A stretch of 64,000 bases of DNA from Dimorphilus gyrociliatus (Eukaryota; Animalia; Annelida): assembly GCA_904063045.1 (NCBI GenBank), contig CAJFCJ010000004.1, positions 1,419,713-1,483,712 on the forward strand, in the 5' to 3' direction. Below are positions 36,648-50,940 of the stretch, in pieces. Positions within the stretch are counted from its first letter, which is position 1; the number at the start of each line of letters is the position of its first letter. Under the pieces are notes generated by a model that saw only the letters and a list, made by a program, of their open reading frames with translations, ran no database searches and was not told where the DNA came from. The position numbers were made by a program, and so were the translations under genes.

Positions 36648-39600
36648 GAAGGAAATTCAACCTGTACTCTGGAAACGAAATTTATTACTAGGAATTTATA
36701 TTTTTCATTAATAGAAGTCACCATTTTGGTATCCATGATAAAGAAGTGAACTTTTTCCCAAATTCTTTTTGTTCTATTCTATAATCTTTTTTGGCTTTTT
36801 GTCCGTAAACTGTAGAGATTTATGAAATTTATATGAATACCACTTGAACAAAGAGTGTGACACTTAAATATCTATTTGAAACATTGTTTACACATAGGTT
36901 TCTTAACTTTGAGATTACGTATATTTCATCTCTCGAATGAACCATAATCTATATATCAGCCGACTTTTTTCTGCTTGAATATCTTATTGAACATGATAGC
37001 GTTTTAAAACTACATGCCTTGATTTTAATTATCACATACTGTTGTACTTCAAATTTATATTAAACTGCATTTCAAATTAAAAAACATACATTATATTTAC
37101 GCATTATAACTTTACAGATAACAAATAGACTCCAGATGTATTTTTATATCGAAACATATACTGTAGATGTCGCTGAACACTATGTTTTTCATCATCTTTT
37201 AATATTTATATTTTATATAACTAAATATACAATAAATGAATAAGAAAGTAAGGAAGGATGCTAATACCAAGTATTGAATAATTTAACATTAAAAAAAACA
37301 ATTTTATATCTTACTCTACTGTCTACTATTCTTCATTCAATAGCTTCATTATCTGTCTATTATTAATAATGATAGGAAGAGTCTCTCTCTCTGAGTAGGT
37401 AGGTATGTTAATCAATTCTATAGATTAAAAAAGAAAAAATATTTCGCTCTGTTAGTTCTATATTACTAATTTGTTTGATTTTGTTTTTGTCACTTTTCAA
37501 TTAATACCAGTTTTTAAGGCGAATAATCGTTATATTATTATGTAATCTTTAATAGAAAAAATGCGATAGTCTCAATATTATTAATAATTTATAAGATAAT
37601 TTTAAATAATCTTTCGAAAGTGTCCTTTAATCCAATAACAAAGGTTGCTCTATCAATAAAAATACAAAAAGAAATTCAGTGGAATGTTCAATAATTAATT
37701 GATTTATTAAAATTCATATTGATTATTAAGTCTTAGGAGGAATATTCTTTATACATTTTCTCACATTTATACTGTATATAAAGGATATTGACATATTGAA
37801 ATATGGTTTTCCCTCGGGGAAAGAGTATATTTTCCTCTTTCTATGTCATATATAATAGATGTCGCCTAAGTCACAACGTTTGAAGAAATCGCTAGCAATA
37901 TTATTTCCTTTACTCTAACTCTCTTTCTTCTTTTTCTTTTTATTTTGTTCTATTCTTCATTCCTCTGAAGATTTTTCTTTGATAAAAAATAATTTACTTT
38001 TGTGGGAAAATTTTATAATTTTTAATTCTTTCTATTAAACTTTTAAAAGAAACTTTAAAGTTCAATATATTTTTGTTTCTATTTCTTTAACCTCTTGTCG
38101 AAATCGATTGTTTTCTCTCTCTCTCTCTCTTTCTCTCCGTCCCTCTAGGTAATAGACTACGATTTTGTAGGAAAATGGAGAAATTGAAGGTAATTCTAAT
38201 CCATCTTCGAGTTTCATAAAGGTAAACTTAAATTAGTTTCAGTAGCATTTAAGAAGACATAATTAATTATCTGCATTCACTTTTGTTATAAAGTCTTAAT
38301 GACAATCACTATTGTATCCTATTCCTGGCTAAAAATAATCATAGGCCCACTGATACATATGGTATTTGAAGCAATAGTAATTTAATTATAACCCTGTAAT
38401 AGGTTCGAGCCCGACAAGATATTGCTCTAGTTAAAAGAAACTTTCATCGGATGAACTATTTACTATAGCAAGATCAAAGAGTAACAGGAATTATAACGTT
38501 TGAAAGGTGAACTTTGACTGGGTGTTGACGATGAGAAAGTGGAATTGATGTTCGAAATGGTGATTAGTTGGGAATTCCAATTTTAGCTTAACTTTTAAAA
38601 ATAAACGTTTCCTCTTTATTCCAAATTAAACGAAAATGTTACGAAAAGCTAATATCACTTTTTTTTTCCTCGTTTCCAAAATATTTCCCATCTTTTCCTC
38701 TTCTGTTAAATATGAAGTATGAAGAATAAAAGATGATAAATCGGAGAAAGGGAATAAATTTTTGTGACAAATTAAACTGTACATTGATCTTACTACAATA
38801 ATTAAAATGAATGTCTACTTTCTCTTTCATACATACTTTTCTATTCCGGTACGACAGTATGGTATTACTGATCAATTATTTATAATTAGAATAATATGTA
38901 TTATACAGTATGTACATTATTTATAGAATAGATAATATATACATCTGAAACAGTCTCCTCCTGTCTAGAACATAAATTAGCACTAAAATATACTAAAACA
39001 AAATAAATCAGAGTTTTTTCAGAAGATGCAGTTACAGTTTAGAAAAAGTCTTTAATTTTATACAAATCGTCCTTTTAACCTTATAATTCCGTTCTATATA
39101 AACATTTTCTAATTCATATAAAAATGTTATTTCGATTTCTGTAACGTTCTGCATTAAATAACGAAAAAAATCATTATTTCTTTTAAATATAGTGAAATAT
39201 CAGTCTGTTTTTTTCTCTGTCAAATATTCAATCTATTTGCTATTCTCCCTTTGTTTTTTCTTATTTTTTATTAGTATATTCCAATTTTTAGACTTATTTG
39301 TGAAAGTAAATTTAATGTATTAACTTATCATCAAATGCGTAGATAATTTATTTAAAGTAAAATTAAAGGGTAAGTTTATTTTTGGACCAATTCTACCTAA
39401 AATACTCGGTGACAACAAACCTAGAACTAGTACATCCATGTGATATTTTCTTGTTGAGTATGCTATTTATAATAATCTTTAAGTATAGAATAAAGTTTTC
39501 TTCAACATATAAACAGAATTTACATAAAAATCGTCTTTCTTTTTATTTTCTTAATTGAAAACAAAATAGCATTTCGTTTAATTTCTTCTTAAGCTTGATG

Positions 39601-40471
39601 ATTCATCAAAGTAATTAACTCTTTTGAAGTTCTTAGAGATAAGCAAATTATCTCTAATTGAAATCAATATATTAGTGTTTGGTTTAAAAAAAAAGGTACA
39701 ATTTTCATAAATTATCAATTTGAAATTAGTTTATTCTATTTGTGAAGCCACCTGCTGCAAAACCAAGGAAAGGCTTTAACTAAAACTAGTTTGTACAGAA
39801 TAAAGGCTAGAAGTACTTTTATCTCTAATTACTCTATTTTCTATACAAGTGATAAGGAGCTGATGTAAAGTGTTTATTAATCAATCTGCTGTTTATTGAA
39901 TGTGAAGAGTAGAATTAATTTCTCTGATGAATTATCGTTACTTTTTTTTTCAAGTTTTGTTTTTCATTTCAATGTTTTGTTGAGTAATTTCCTATTGTTT
40001 TCAATAAATCAACCTCTATAAATAATTAAAACAAAGCCAATATGTAATTCATTTGTGTTAAATGTAGTTACGCAAATAGGGATTAGAAAATGAAAGAATT
40101 TTCCATTTCTTTTTGATAGATTGGATAAGACAGCATTTTGAAATACTTAAAATTATCAAAAATATTTTTTAGTATTGTTTGTGAACATTTCAAAAGGAAT
40201 TTGTGTCTGTTAATCTAAATGTTTGGGATTCTATTTGCTAGTTTCAACAAATTTAATTATACATATATATTGACAAACTAGCTGTCTTTTACACTCGTAC
40301 TTCTTAAAGCAACAAATATCTCTTTTACTTCATAAGCCATTAAGGTTAGCAAAGAAAAGTACTTATTCAGGCAAAAGAACAGGCTTTAATATGATTTTTT
40401 TCATATTAAAAGTAAAACTATTAATCGAAAATTTTTTTTTGAAAAAGAGATAGGCAATTACATGTCCATAA

Positions 40472-43400
40472 TTAGCAAATATGCTCTTGCTCAGCTTCAC
40501 TTCGCTGATCTTCAGGGTTAAAGCAGGGATCGGATCTACTTTTACAAAGAGTATTTTCCTCATCCCATGAAAGTCGATCTTCAAGAGAGTAACAGGATTT
40601 CATCTTTGACAGCGGCGAATGGTTAGGTGATTGGTTTTCGTGAACTTCTAGAGCAAACATTGCCATATCAGCAATACTATCGCTCTCAGTTAAAGAAATT
40701 TGATGCAAACGTTTCCTAAATGACTTTTCCATTTCAGCATGCTCGGTTTCTTCCGCTCCTCGCATCGTATGCCTTTCAAAAATGTGCTGTCTAGGTGTGT
40801 TCGGCGAGTTATTAGGAGACACGTAGTTTAGGCAAGATGTATCAATTTCGTCCGTTATCGAAGAATATTCTTGACGTACAGGCGTTATAATAGGCGTAAA
40901 TGGTACTGGTATGGCAGATGTTCTATTATCTGTATTAGATTGAATATCTTCTGATTTCTTATTTGAGTTTCCAACTTTCCAGTGGAAATGTCGCGTTGTT
41001 GAGCTTTCACTAGGCGTGCGACGTCGTCCTCTAGGAGGCGAGTTAGATGGGGATATACACGGAGACGAATCATCACTAAAAAGGACTTTTGAACTTTGCC
41101 TACTGTCTCTTGTCGACTTTCTCCTTTCAGAAGCTGTTCGCGCTTTTTTTATCGCTTCAGGTTCTTCGCTCTGTTTGTATTTTAGGCGATTTAACGCCCT
41201 AACACGCCGTCTTTGATATAACTCGCTGGCCGGATAAGGGCCTTTCGTTCGTCGACTCCCAATCTTCATCTCCACTGCATTTAAGCCGTGAGAATGTAAA
41301 GGGGGTAGTAAAGAAAAACTATCTAAAACATGTGATGAAGACGATGCAGGTGGCTCAGCAATAGTTACAGATCTTTCCAGACGAGGACCAGATAATTTCT
41401 TCTTTCGTTTTTGACTTTCTTGTATATTTTCATCATCACCAAACTTTCTTGCCAAGAAAGCTATAGTTTCTGCCGTCTGTAAAGTTATCTCTTCTAATTT
41501 AGCTAAACGAAAATCAACAGTTTGTAAAGACAACATCATCGAATTTTCTTTTGTATTCATATCATCGACTTTTAATGCAATATTCTCGACTCGTTCATCA
41601 GTTGCCCTTATCTTTTGCTCGGTGGAAGATTGAAAGTGAGATTCTTTCTTTCTGAAATATTCATCAACGCATTCTTCTTCGAAATCATGCAATCTTTCCA
41701 CCTCCTCCTTCCCAAGGAAAAGCTCTATCAAAAAAAGAAAAATAAGCGCCAATGTAATAGCAATAAATATTTTAGTTTTTGTGTTAATAATATCATATTA
41801 AAAATAAAGTCTGGAAAAATTAACGAAAATGTGATCTCTGGGAAGAGGCATTACACTTGAGTGTATCTAAGATATTTCTACAACGTAGTCAATAAATCAA
41901 TAACATCTCAACATATAACTTACTGAGCCCTGATAAATTTATTCACAGTTGATGGAGAAAAGAATAAAGCATTAATTTCACTTGACTATATAAGAAGAAT
42001 TATTTGAAATATACTTACTTAATCCGTTATCGAAAAATTCTCGTTGGCCCCTACATCGTCCTTTAAAATATTTTATGGCAAGAAAAATATGAGAAAAAAC
42101 TATTACGGGGGGCGGTAGAAGAGGTTTCATTTCATATTCTATCACCAAATTATATCTCTGGAATTTCCAGATTGCAGTTGATATTGCATTGACACGGTTA
42201 AAAGTGTTACTGAAAGAAAATTATAGACTATGTAAACTAAATATACATCGCAATTGACACGGCAAAGGAAAATAAATAGAAAATTACTTGAAAACGGCAA
42301 TAAGAAGATTAATAAGAAGAATATTTGCAACTATCAGAAAAATTGTCATTATTGCGGGCGTTATCCACATACCGGGAACACATTTAATATCATCTTTACT
42401 TTGTGGATTATTTACGCAATCAGCAGCTGGAAATAATGAAAATCATTTTGCCTAAAAGCAATTCATTTAATAGTTTAATACTAACGATCAATTTCTCCTG
42501 CATAGACTTCCCCGTATAACATAAAATAGGGTTTTAAAAAAATATGCTTTAGTAAAGACCAATCAGGGTCCTGATTGGGATAAGTTATAGACTGACGTGC
42601 CACACCAAAGCTCATTAATACAACCAAAAGAATAACAATAAAATAAAGCATGTCCTTTACCTAAAGTAAATTAGTAAATATGTTAATAAAAAAATTAATA
42701 GTCCTAGTAAACGAACCATCTTTCCAATCATCATTACGTAAGGACCCAAATATTTGTTCACACTAAAAATATCTAAAATTCTTATGTACCTAATTAAAAA
42801 AAATATACAAAGTATATAAAAAAGACATAAAAAACAATGTAATAATATCTAGATTAATAAATTAAAAAATATACCATAATATTATATCGACAGAATAGAT
42901 CACTTTTCCAATAGCTTTTGTGTCGGGATTCAGTCTAAAAGAAACGCCTATAATAAAAAGAATAATAGCAAGTGTATCGCATATGTTCCAAAACTCGGAA
43001 AAGTAGACTAGAATTTTTTGAGAGAGTTTTACCGGTTCCGAGGAAATGACCTGACGAAATTTTGTATGAAATATTGTCACTTTTATCATATAAATTTAAC
43101 CTTACCTCTCTGGTTTTTTCAATTGCCAAAGTAAACACATAGGTTATTACGTAGGCTTCTTGCAATTCAACGTGGCGATCCATTCGAACCAATACAACAT
43201 AGGTGAATACGATCATAAAAACAATGTAGGCAAGCTGAGGAACAATTAAAAGAGTACTAAGATCTTGTTAATTAAGATCTAAAGTTAGATAATTACCGTA
43301 TGCGACCAAAATTTTGTTACAGGTGCTGTATAAAATTCATAGATCTTCTTTCCCAGTCTTAGAGGACTTTTCTTATTGTAAGAAGTTTTCTTTGTATACT

Positions 43401-46400
43401 TTCCACCTATTATTGATGTATCGCTAACAATAAGATTATCACTGGTATCTCTATTAATTCCTTTTATAAGAGAGGCTGATTGATTTACACTGGTACTATT
43501 CTTGTTACTATTTCCCTTTGTATCAGTGACCTCTTCTTCGTTTGTCTCCGATGTCTCTGAATCGGAATCGTTCTTCTCATGTTCTTCGACGGTTTGTGGC
43601 ATCAGCTGTAATTCCTCTTTTGATTTATATTCCATAAGAAAAACTGCAGGTAAGAAGACGATCCCTAGTATCACCTTTAAGAAGTTTTAAACATTGAAGA
43701 ATTATGATAACCGTATAATTGATTATAACAGTAAATTAACTTACCTTTAAAGTCATGTACTTACGCATACGTAAGGCCCCCATCCACATTTCTGTAAGTA
43801 AAATCTGGCAGCACGAATTAGCTATGAATTCTCTTAGTCCAGCGGCGTATGCAAGACTTAAGCAAGTCTGATCACTCCAATTTCTGAGTTCGTATGTTAA
43901 AATACTCTGAGTAACGTCGTCATCAGTTTTATGGCAGTATTCTAATAACTCCAATGCCAATTCTCCAAATTCTCTATTTAAAAAGAAAAAATGTTAAACC
44001 ATTTTTTTTTATGATTAAAATCCGTTTAAGTGAAATAAATCTTTTAAGTTCCTAACCTACTAGCTCCTCTAATTTCATTCGCAACATCAAATTCTAATTC
44101 ATCCTGAGCCGCTTCATGAGCCATTGCTTTGAGCAATTTACAGGCAATTAAAGCTTTTGCCAAGGCTTCTTCCCCATGTTGCCACATGAATTTAGCCATT
44201 TTATATCTTCTCATTAAAACAGCCCAAACCATTAATTCATGGAAGGGATATTTCAAAGCGTCATTCTCTAATACTTGCATATCGATTGTTCCGAGAGGTA
44301 TATCGCTCAGTTGTAAAATACTGCTGATATTCTGAACCTATAAAAGTTTATTGTTTACATAAACGTATGTACAAATAAACGAAAATATGTTCTCTACTCA
44401 CCATTGTATCTTCAACCTTTTTACTTAAATTCGTTCCACCAATTCCAGCAGTAGAAGAGCTCTTCTATAATAAAAACACAAGATTACAAATAAAACGTAA
44501 AAAGGCTTTTTTGTTTACATACAACTAAAAATACAGATAAGAATTATTTCATAAATAAACAAAAATATGTGAAAGATAGACCAAACAGATTACCTTCTTA
44601 ACAACAGTATTATAGATATTTCGAAAATGTTTTCGACAGTATGTAGCTCTATATGCTCCACCCATTAAGCGTTCGATAACTTGTCCAACATCGAACAAGG
44701 TGTAACGGTAGCCAGGTGCATACTATATAAGCCATAATTTGTTAAAATTAAATGTTATACTTTCATTTGTCTTTTTTTTTACTTTTAGATTTAAAAATAC
44801 CTACCGATTTTCTCACATCTTTCATAATGAGTCGAAAAGTTGTACTGGACGTGTCTTGTTTCTATAAAGAGAATCGGGTATTCTAGATTTTTAATTATAC
44901 ATTGGAATTCGCTGTGTATCACCATATTATATAGTTCTTCTAGTCGTTGAATATTTAGCCACTTTGACATGCTTACTCCGTTTTCCAAGAGTAATTGAAC
45001 AAAATCGACTCTATCTTGCACAAGAGCGTCCATCATTGCCTGATCAAGTGCTCCTGTCTGACAAAACAGAATACAATTTACTCCATAATATTTATCACTA
45101 CTTTAATGAACGTAAAGAGAGCTTACAGGCCATTCTTGAACGCACGCAAAGATGTGACTTCGGGCTATATCTACTCTATTCCATGTCAATGCTAGACTTA
45201 GCTGATCAACAGCACTCGCTTTTTGTGCTGTTTATCGCATTAGGAGAAATAAGGAATATAATGTCACTTATGAATCCTCTTACCTAATAGTAAAGCACCG
45301 AGAATAGCTAAATCAATATCTTGACTGCCTTCAGTAAGCCTGAAGACGGTAATCTGCAAGACAGTCGTTATTAGTGAATAATTCTGCCTTCTTTTACATC
45401 AAATTAAAATATGAACCAGATCTTTTTTCCTAACGCAGACTAATAATTCTAGCAACAACTGTTCAGCAGAATCGCGAGAGTATTTAAAAGTTTTCTCAAT
45501 TGTAAGAATTAATTGATCTTTTAAACCATCTTGAAGTGATCTGTGAAAGATTAAGTATAAACGTTTTTACGTACCATTACAATAATTAAATCGACAACTC
45601 ACTCTTCATCCTTCGTAAATTTATGAGCAAAGGCTAAAAGATCAGACGCTCTACCACTTCCATCACAAACAACAACAGGTACTGGTGGTTTATCAGTTGA
45701 ATATTCGAGAACGTTTCGTATTGTGTTTGTTCCACCTTCAAGAGTTAAACAAACGACCGGAGTGCTATAATTTTTAACTCCACTCCCTTAAAGAATATGA
45801 AAATAATAGGCTTCACTATATTTCTTAGGAAGTTTGTTATAGAAGAAAGGGGAATGATTTCCGGTACTTACTTGTTATAATCTTCTGTTGGGATATAAAT
45901 TTTTCAAGTTTCTTCCTCAAAGCAATATCACTACCAAATTTTCCGTCCGTTCCATTATCGACCAAAAGGAAATAAGCGTGATTTGAATTTAGCATTACAG
46001 AATTTGACTTGGATGAAGAACCAGCGTGATAAGATATAACTTTCTGTTGAAAGTTGATATTAGTTGTATAAAGCTACAATAAGTTATGATAATTAGTAAC
46101 AAACATACATCTCTACTAATTAATTCATTTTTGTTTTCAATGACGCCCCAAGGAGCTATACCGATAGTAACAATTTTATTTCGGGATTGACTAAGCGTGT
46201 CACCAAGAGCTTCACCAACGTGTTTCATTACTCCTGTATCAAGTAATAAATTAAGCACAAGAGCCGAAAATGATCAAGTTTAATTATATTAACGATATGA
46301 TATGCTTTAGCGAGAAAAGACTTTAGAAAATGCCTGCCTGTGTCAGTTCCTGAAGTAACAATCCACGCTCCCGTCGTTTTCGCAGCCTTAAACAGTCCTT

Positions 46401-48044
46401 TTTTAAAAACCCTTTTCAATTTTGGCTGTAACTGAAAATCAGATAATCCTCCGTGGACTGATATTAACAACTTAGGCAGACCCAAACCCCACTGGGTCTG
46501 TAAGAGTCTTATAATGTTTTCTGCCGAGGTATCGTGCGCAAGACGAACGTACTGGGCCTTACTTGGATGGCAACCGCCTTCAAATTCTATAACGCCATAG
46601 GCATCTGTAGGCATAAGAATTGAGTGTTTCTTTGGAATCCATCTGCTATCGCCTGAGAATGAAGGAGAAATTGCTGTTGCATCTCTCTTCAAGTTCAGAA
46701 AACTATGATCTGTACAAAGTCTACCGCATCCACAACGATTACGGTCTTTAATAGCTGGTATAAACTCGCAACATTCTCTTTTGTTGAAAACTCTTTCTAT
46801 CCAAGGTTTTTGATTCTGGAAACAAGAAAAAAATACCGGAATTAATTATGATCGTACTCATAGAATATCATGTGTTTTCTTTTTATTAGCCTTATGTAAC
46901 ATATTCTATGATGTCTATCAGTAATTATAAACATTTACTAAATAGTTCTCTAGAAGAGAAATTTATACTGCAAATAAAAGACTCGAGGTTGCGCTGTTTT
47001 TAACAATCATTCCTGCAGTTGCTATATAAATACCACTTAAAAATACGTCCAACGTCTACACTGCACTTCTATCACATAATACCACGAATTCTAAAATTAA
47101 CACTAAACATGAAACTGATCTATATGAGTTTAAAGCCACGGGAAAAGATATAAAGGTAGCGTATCAATCAAAAACTCTACTGTAAAAATATTACATTCAA
47201 AGATTATACAGTTAAACATTTTTGGGAAAAATAAGTCATATACAATGTAATAACATAATGAGCTTTATTAAATTCCTTTAAATCTTATCTCATAATTAGT
47301 TCTATTTAATCTATTTTCTAGGCAGAAACAGTAAAATTTATTATTTTGTATTATGTTAAATTTGAGTTAATAGTGTAAGGAAAATTAGCAATGCTTTAAC
47401 TAATTAATTTCTCTTTTCCCTTTTTTGTCATTTGGAACAAATTTGATTACTGAAGCATTAAGTTTTTCTCTATTTTAATATTATTACTTATACAAATGAC
47501 ATATTAAATATTAAATATATATATGGTATTTTTATCTTTATTTCGTGAGAAATTAGGGTAAAAGCTCCCCTAAACATCAACTTAATCGCAAGAAAAAAAA
47601 TTCCTTATCTATGAAGTAAAAAGTGAATATTCTGTTGAAATATTTGTTATCAAATGTCATTTGGTCTAATTTGAAACAAGTGATTATTCCCTATCCATAT
47701 TAGAGTACTTGAAAGATTATACTTTTTATGTTCCAGGTAAATGCACTCTCCCTTGTTAATCTCGTTCCGAGTACATTCGCTTGAAGTCAGTTAGTATTCT
47801 CAAGAACACAGGCATTTCAAAAAATTATCATAAATGATCTAAAATGTTATCATACACTGAATGTAAACTATGGCATAATTACTTCAAACGCCTACTGAGT
47901 GCAAAAACGCACCTGTGTATTGTTTATAGTTTCCGAAATTGTCTTTAACATACGCTTGTTCCTCTCTCGACGTTCATCGGCGGTCTCTACATCGTCTCTC
48001 TTCAATGGAGTTAAAACTTCATCAATTTCACTCGTTAGAAGCAT
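40472..48044 (-). CDS. TRPM: TRPM cation channel, TRPM1/3-like, many exons (start codon uncertain)
   Basis: [76 protein letters not shown]1-S6 exons, TRP-box region [15 protein letters not shown], coiled-coil, then a long tail with EYSSITD. Confidence 0.95.
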
Positions 48045-49702
48045 CCTATACTCCACTGATGCGAATAATCAAGTGACAAGAAAAATCTACCGTGGAATAG
48101 ATGGCGTTGGGAGCGGTTTGTCTATTTTTGTTTTTTGGTTCCTAAGTTTTATACTATTACATTTTGGCTCATAAAAATCCTCGTTTGCTCATCAAGACAA
48201 GGAATCAACAACGGAATTGAATAAAAGTAAATTTGAACCTATTGTAATATATTAACTACCTTACCGATTTTGATGAAGAGCTGGAAGAGGATGAACTATG
48301 TCTAGATCTTGCTGACCACTTCTTGTCTTCCATACTTGAGATGCCATCCGGAATAGAATGTACACTGATCAGAAAAGTCTGTGAACGAAAATTTTTCAAA
48401 TAATGAAAAAAAATACTTCTTTTTATAACGACTTATCGCCGTAAAAGACCTATTGGCTATGCGGTTAGAATTTCAAGCCAAGGTCTCCTTTCAGGATACT
48501 TCCGTTAACAGTACTAGGCTTGAAACTTGTAAAAGTGACTTATTACGACAGTTAAATTCAAAGACACTGAAGATTAACACAAAATCAATTTTTTTATTGC
48601 CAGTTTTATGGCACGAAATCCGTGGGTTGTTTATGTAGAACTCATCACACCCACTGCCGTATCACGTTCTTTAGTATATATTGTATATTATTTTCAAAGA
48701 ATATACTTTATTAGTAATAAATAAATACTTATATAAATATATATTCATCCTTAAACAAGAGCTCTCAAGCAACTAATAGAGTGAACCGTTTGTCGGGTAG
48801 AGAAATTAGTACTGATCGAATCGTAATTATACACTAAATTGAATAAAGCTAAAATCTAAAGGACATGCACTTAAGACATGACGAGAAAAGCGAACAATTT
48901 AAATAATTTTACCATCCTTAGGTATAGAAACTCAGACAATGTTAGGTTAACCGTCAAAATCAGCTCTCAACGAAAATGACTTACTCAGAAAATGATTCCT
49001 GCTTACTGAAGGCGTGCCATCAGAACTGTTAGTAAGTTTTGAAAAGTGTTGTAAACTGCTTTAGGACAAAGAATAGCGATTGAGATAGTACACGTGAAAG
49101 CATACTAGTATTTCGTCTGCTAGATTCTATAAAGCGCCTGAAAGCTGCTAAGTTAATTCATACCAGCTGCTGACATACTCTAGGAATTAATAGCCCTTTT
49201 TTATATGGTTCTCACTTCCGCTTCAATACTAAATTGTTGAATTTAATATTGGAAACCAGTTCCAATTGGAAAGTACGCGCTTTTTTATACGAAGTACTTT
49301 TTTTAAATATTTCAAAATGATTTATCGAATGTTTTAAAAAAGAAGCTTAATATTTCCTATGATAAATCTTATTGTTAATAATTCCATCTAAATTGTTTTT
49401 CTAAGAAAATTTATTAATAAAGTATTTTGTTTTTAACATATATTTCATTCAGCACAATACCACTCACTCTCTTGATTACACCTATTTTACATATACACAC
49501 ATATATATATATATATATATAAATTATACTGTTTATGGTTTATTTAGAATTCTTGTACATATGGGCCGACTTACTGCTATCACTTCAGTTGATATATAGG
49601 CTTAGATTTTTCCCCGAGTAAACTGGTTCTTACTATTTTTCCAAAAATTCGTCACATGTGCTTGATATTGGTATGTTGGGAACATTTTGAGATCGTTATA
49701 GC

Positions 49703-50517
49703 ATGCCATCTAGTATTGAAAAAGTCATTGACGATAGTAATTCAAAGAGTCAAAATGAAAAGAACTCATCGAAAGCCGGAATTGTGTTTACTAGTATTTT
49801 AGGGGCATCCGTAATTGGTCTGACAACCGTATGCTACGCTTTCGTAAGGCCAGCTCTACGAAAAATATGCTTGCCATTTGTGCCAGCAACTCAAGAACAA
49901 ATCTCTAATGTTCTTAAGTTATTAAATGGCCGTAGTGGCAAAGTAATTGATTTGGGTAGTGGTGATGGACGAATAGTAGGTTCTTAACATTCAGTTTAGT
50001 TTTCATATTCTAAAAAATCTTTTTTCCTTAAAAGGTCATTGAGTGTGCCAAGAAAGGTTTTCAAGCAGAGGGTATCGAACTAAATCGTTGGCTAATTTAT
50101 TTTTCTAGATACTCAGCCTTTCGACATAACGTTCAGAATAGAACAAAATTTTATTGTCAAGATTTATGGAAGGTATTACAAGCTCTTTACAATTTTATAA
50201 TTTGAAATTGAAGAATTAAAATATTACTTTCTATATTTCAGATGAATTATTCTAATTATAACAACATTGTAATTTTCGGAGTTGAACCAATGGTAAATTA
50301 ATTGATCTAATTTCAGTCGTGATCAATTAAAATATACTCTTTTCATTATTTTTTATAGATGCAACAATTAAAAGAAAAGCTTGTAAATGAAATGCCATCA
50401 GACGATCATTGTTTAATAGTTTGCAGATTTCCGCTACCCAATACTGTCTCTTCAAAAATCGTAGGAGAAGGTATTGATACTGTTTGGTTGTATAAGAAGC
50501 GTGACTTATTAAAGTAA
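49703..50517 (+). CDS. ATPSCKMT: ATP synthase c-subunit lysine N-methyltransferase (FAM173B-like), 4 exons
   Basis: RPALRKICLPFVPAT, DLGSGDGRI, GIELNRWL, IVIFGVEPM, CRFPLP, GEGIDTVWLY. Confidence 0.92.
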
Positions 50518-50940
50518 AGCGATTAATGTTCACGCTCGTTCTATTGTTTACAATTATTAGAAATATTAAATTTCATATCTATTTATAAAAACCAATTCGT
50601 TTATTCACTGTATAATATAAATAAAAAATGCTTTTTTAAAAAAAAGACACTCTAAAGTGACAATTATTCGAAATAATTACTTTATAAATTGCTAATAAAA
50701 ATCCCATTGTAAATCTTAAAAACAAATAAAATCTCTTTATATATTTATATATGTGTATATTAAAAATACACTTTGATCAGTTCATATTTTGAGTTAGATA
50801 ACACTTTTTGACTGGCTCTCGTATCATATTGCTGACCTAAAAAGTTTAGATAACAATACACCTTCTTTCCTGTGTAAGTTTTTTGCTTAATCTTCATATT
50901 TTTTGTATGTTCAAGAATGGCGTAAGAGCGGAAATTGTAG

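Noticed and set aside
38395-38415. GGTTCGAGCCC resembling a tRNA T-loop/B box
   Set aside because: No A box, acceptor stem or cloverleaf can be built from the flanks.
40363-40584. 73-aa ORF overlapping the TRPM C-terminus
   Set aside because: Alternative-frame shadow of the TRPM last exon with no own start context.
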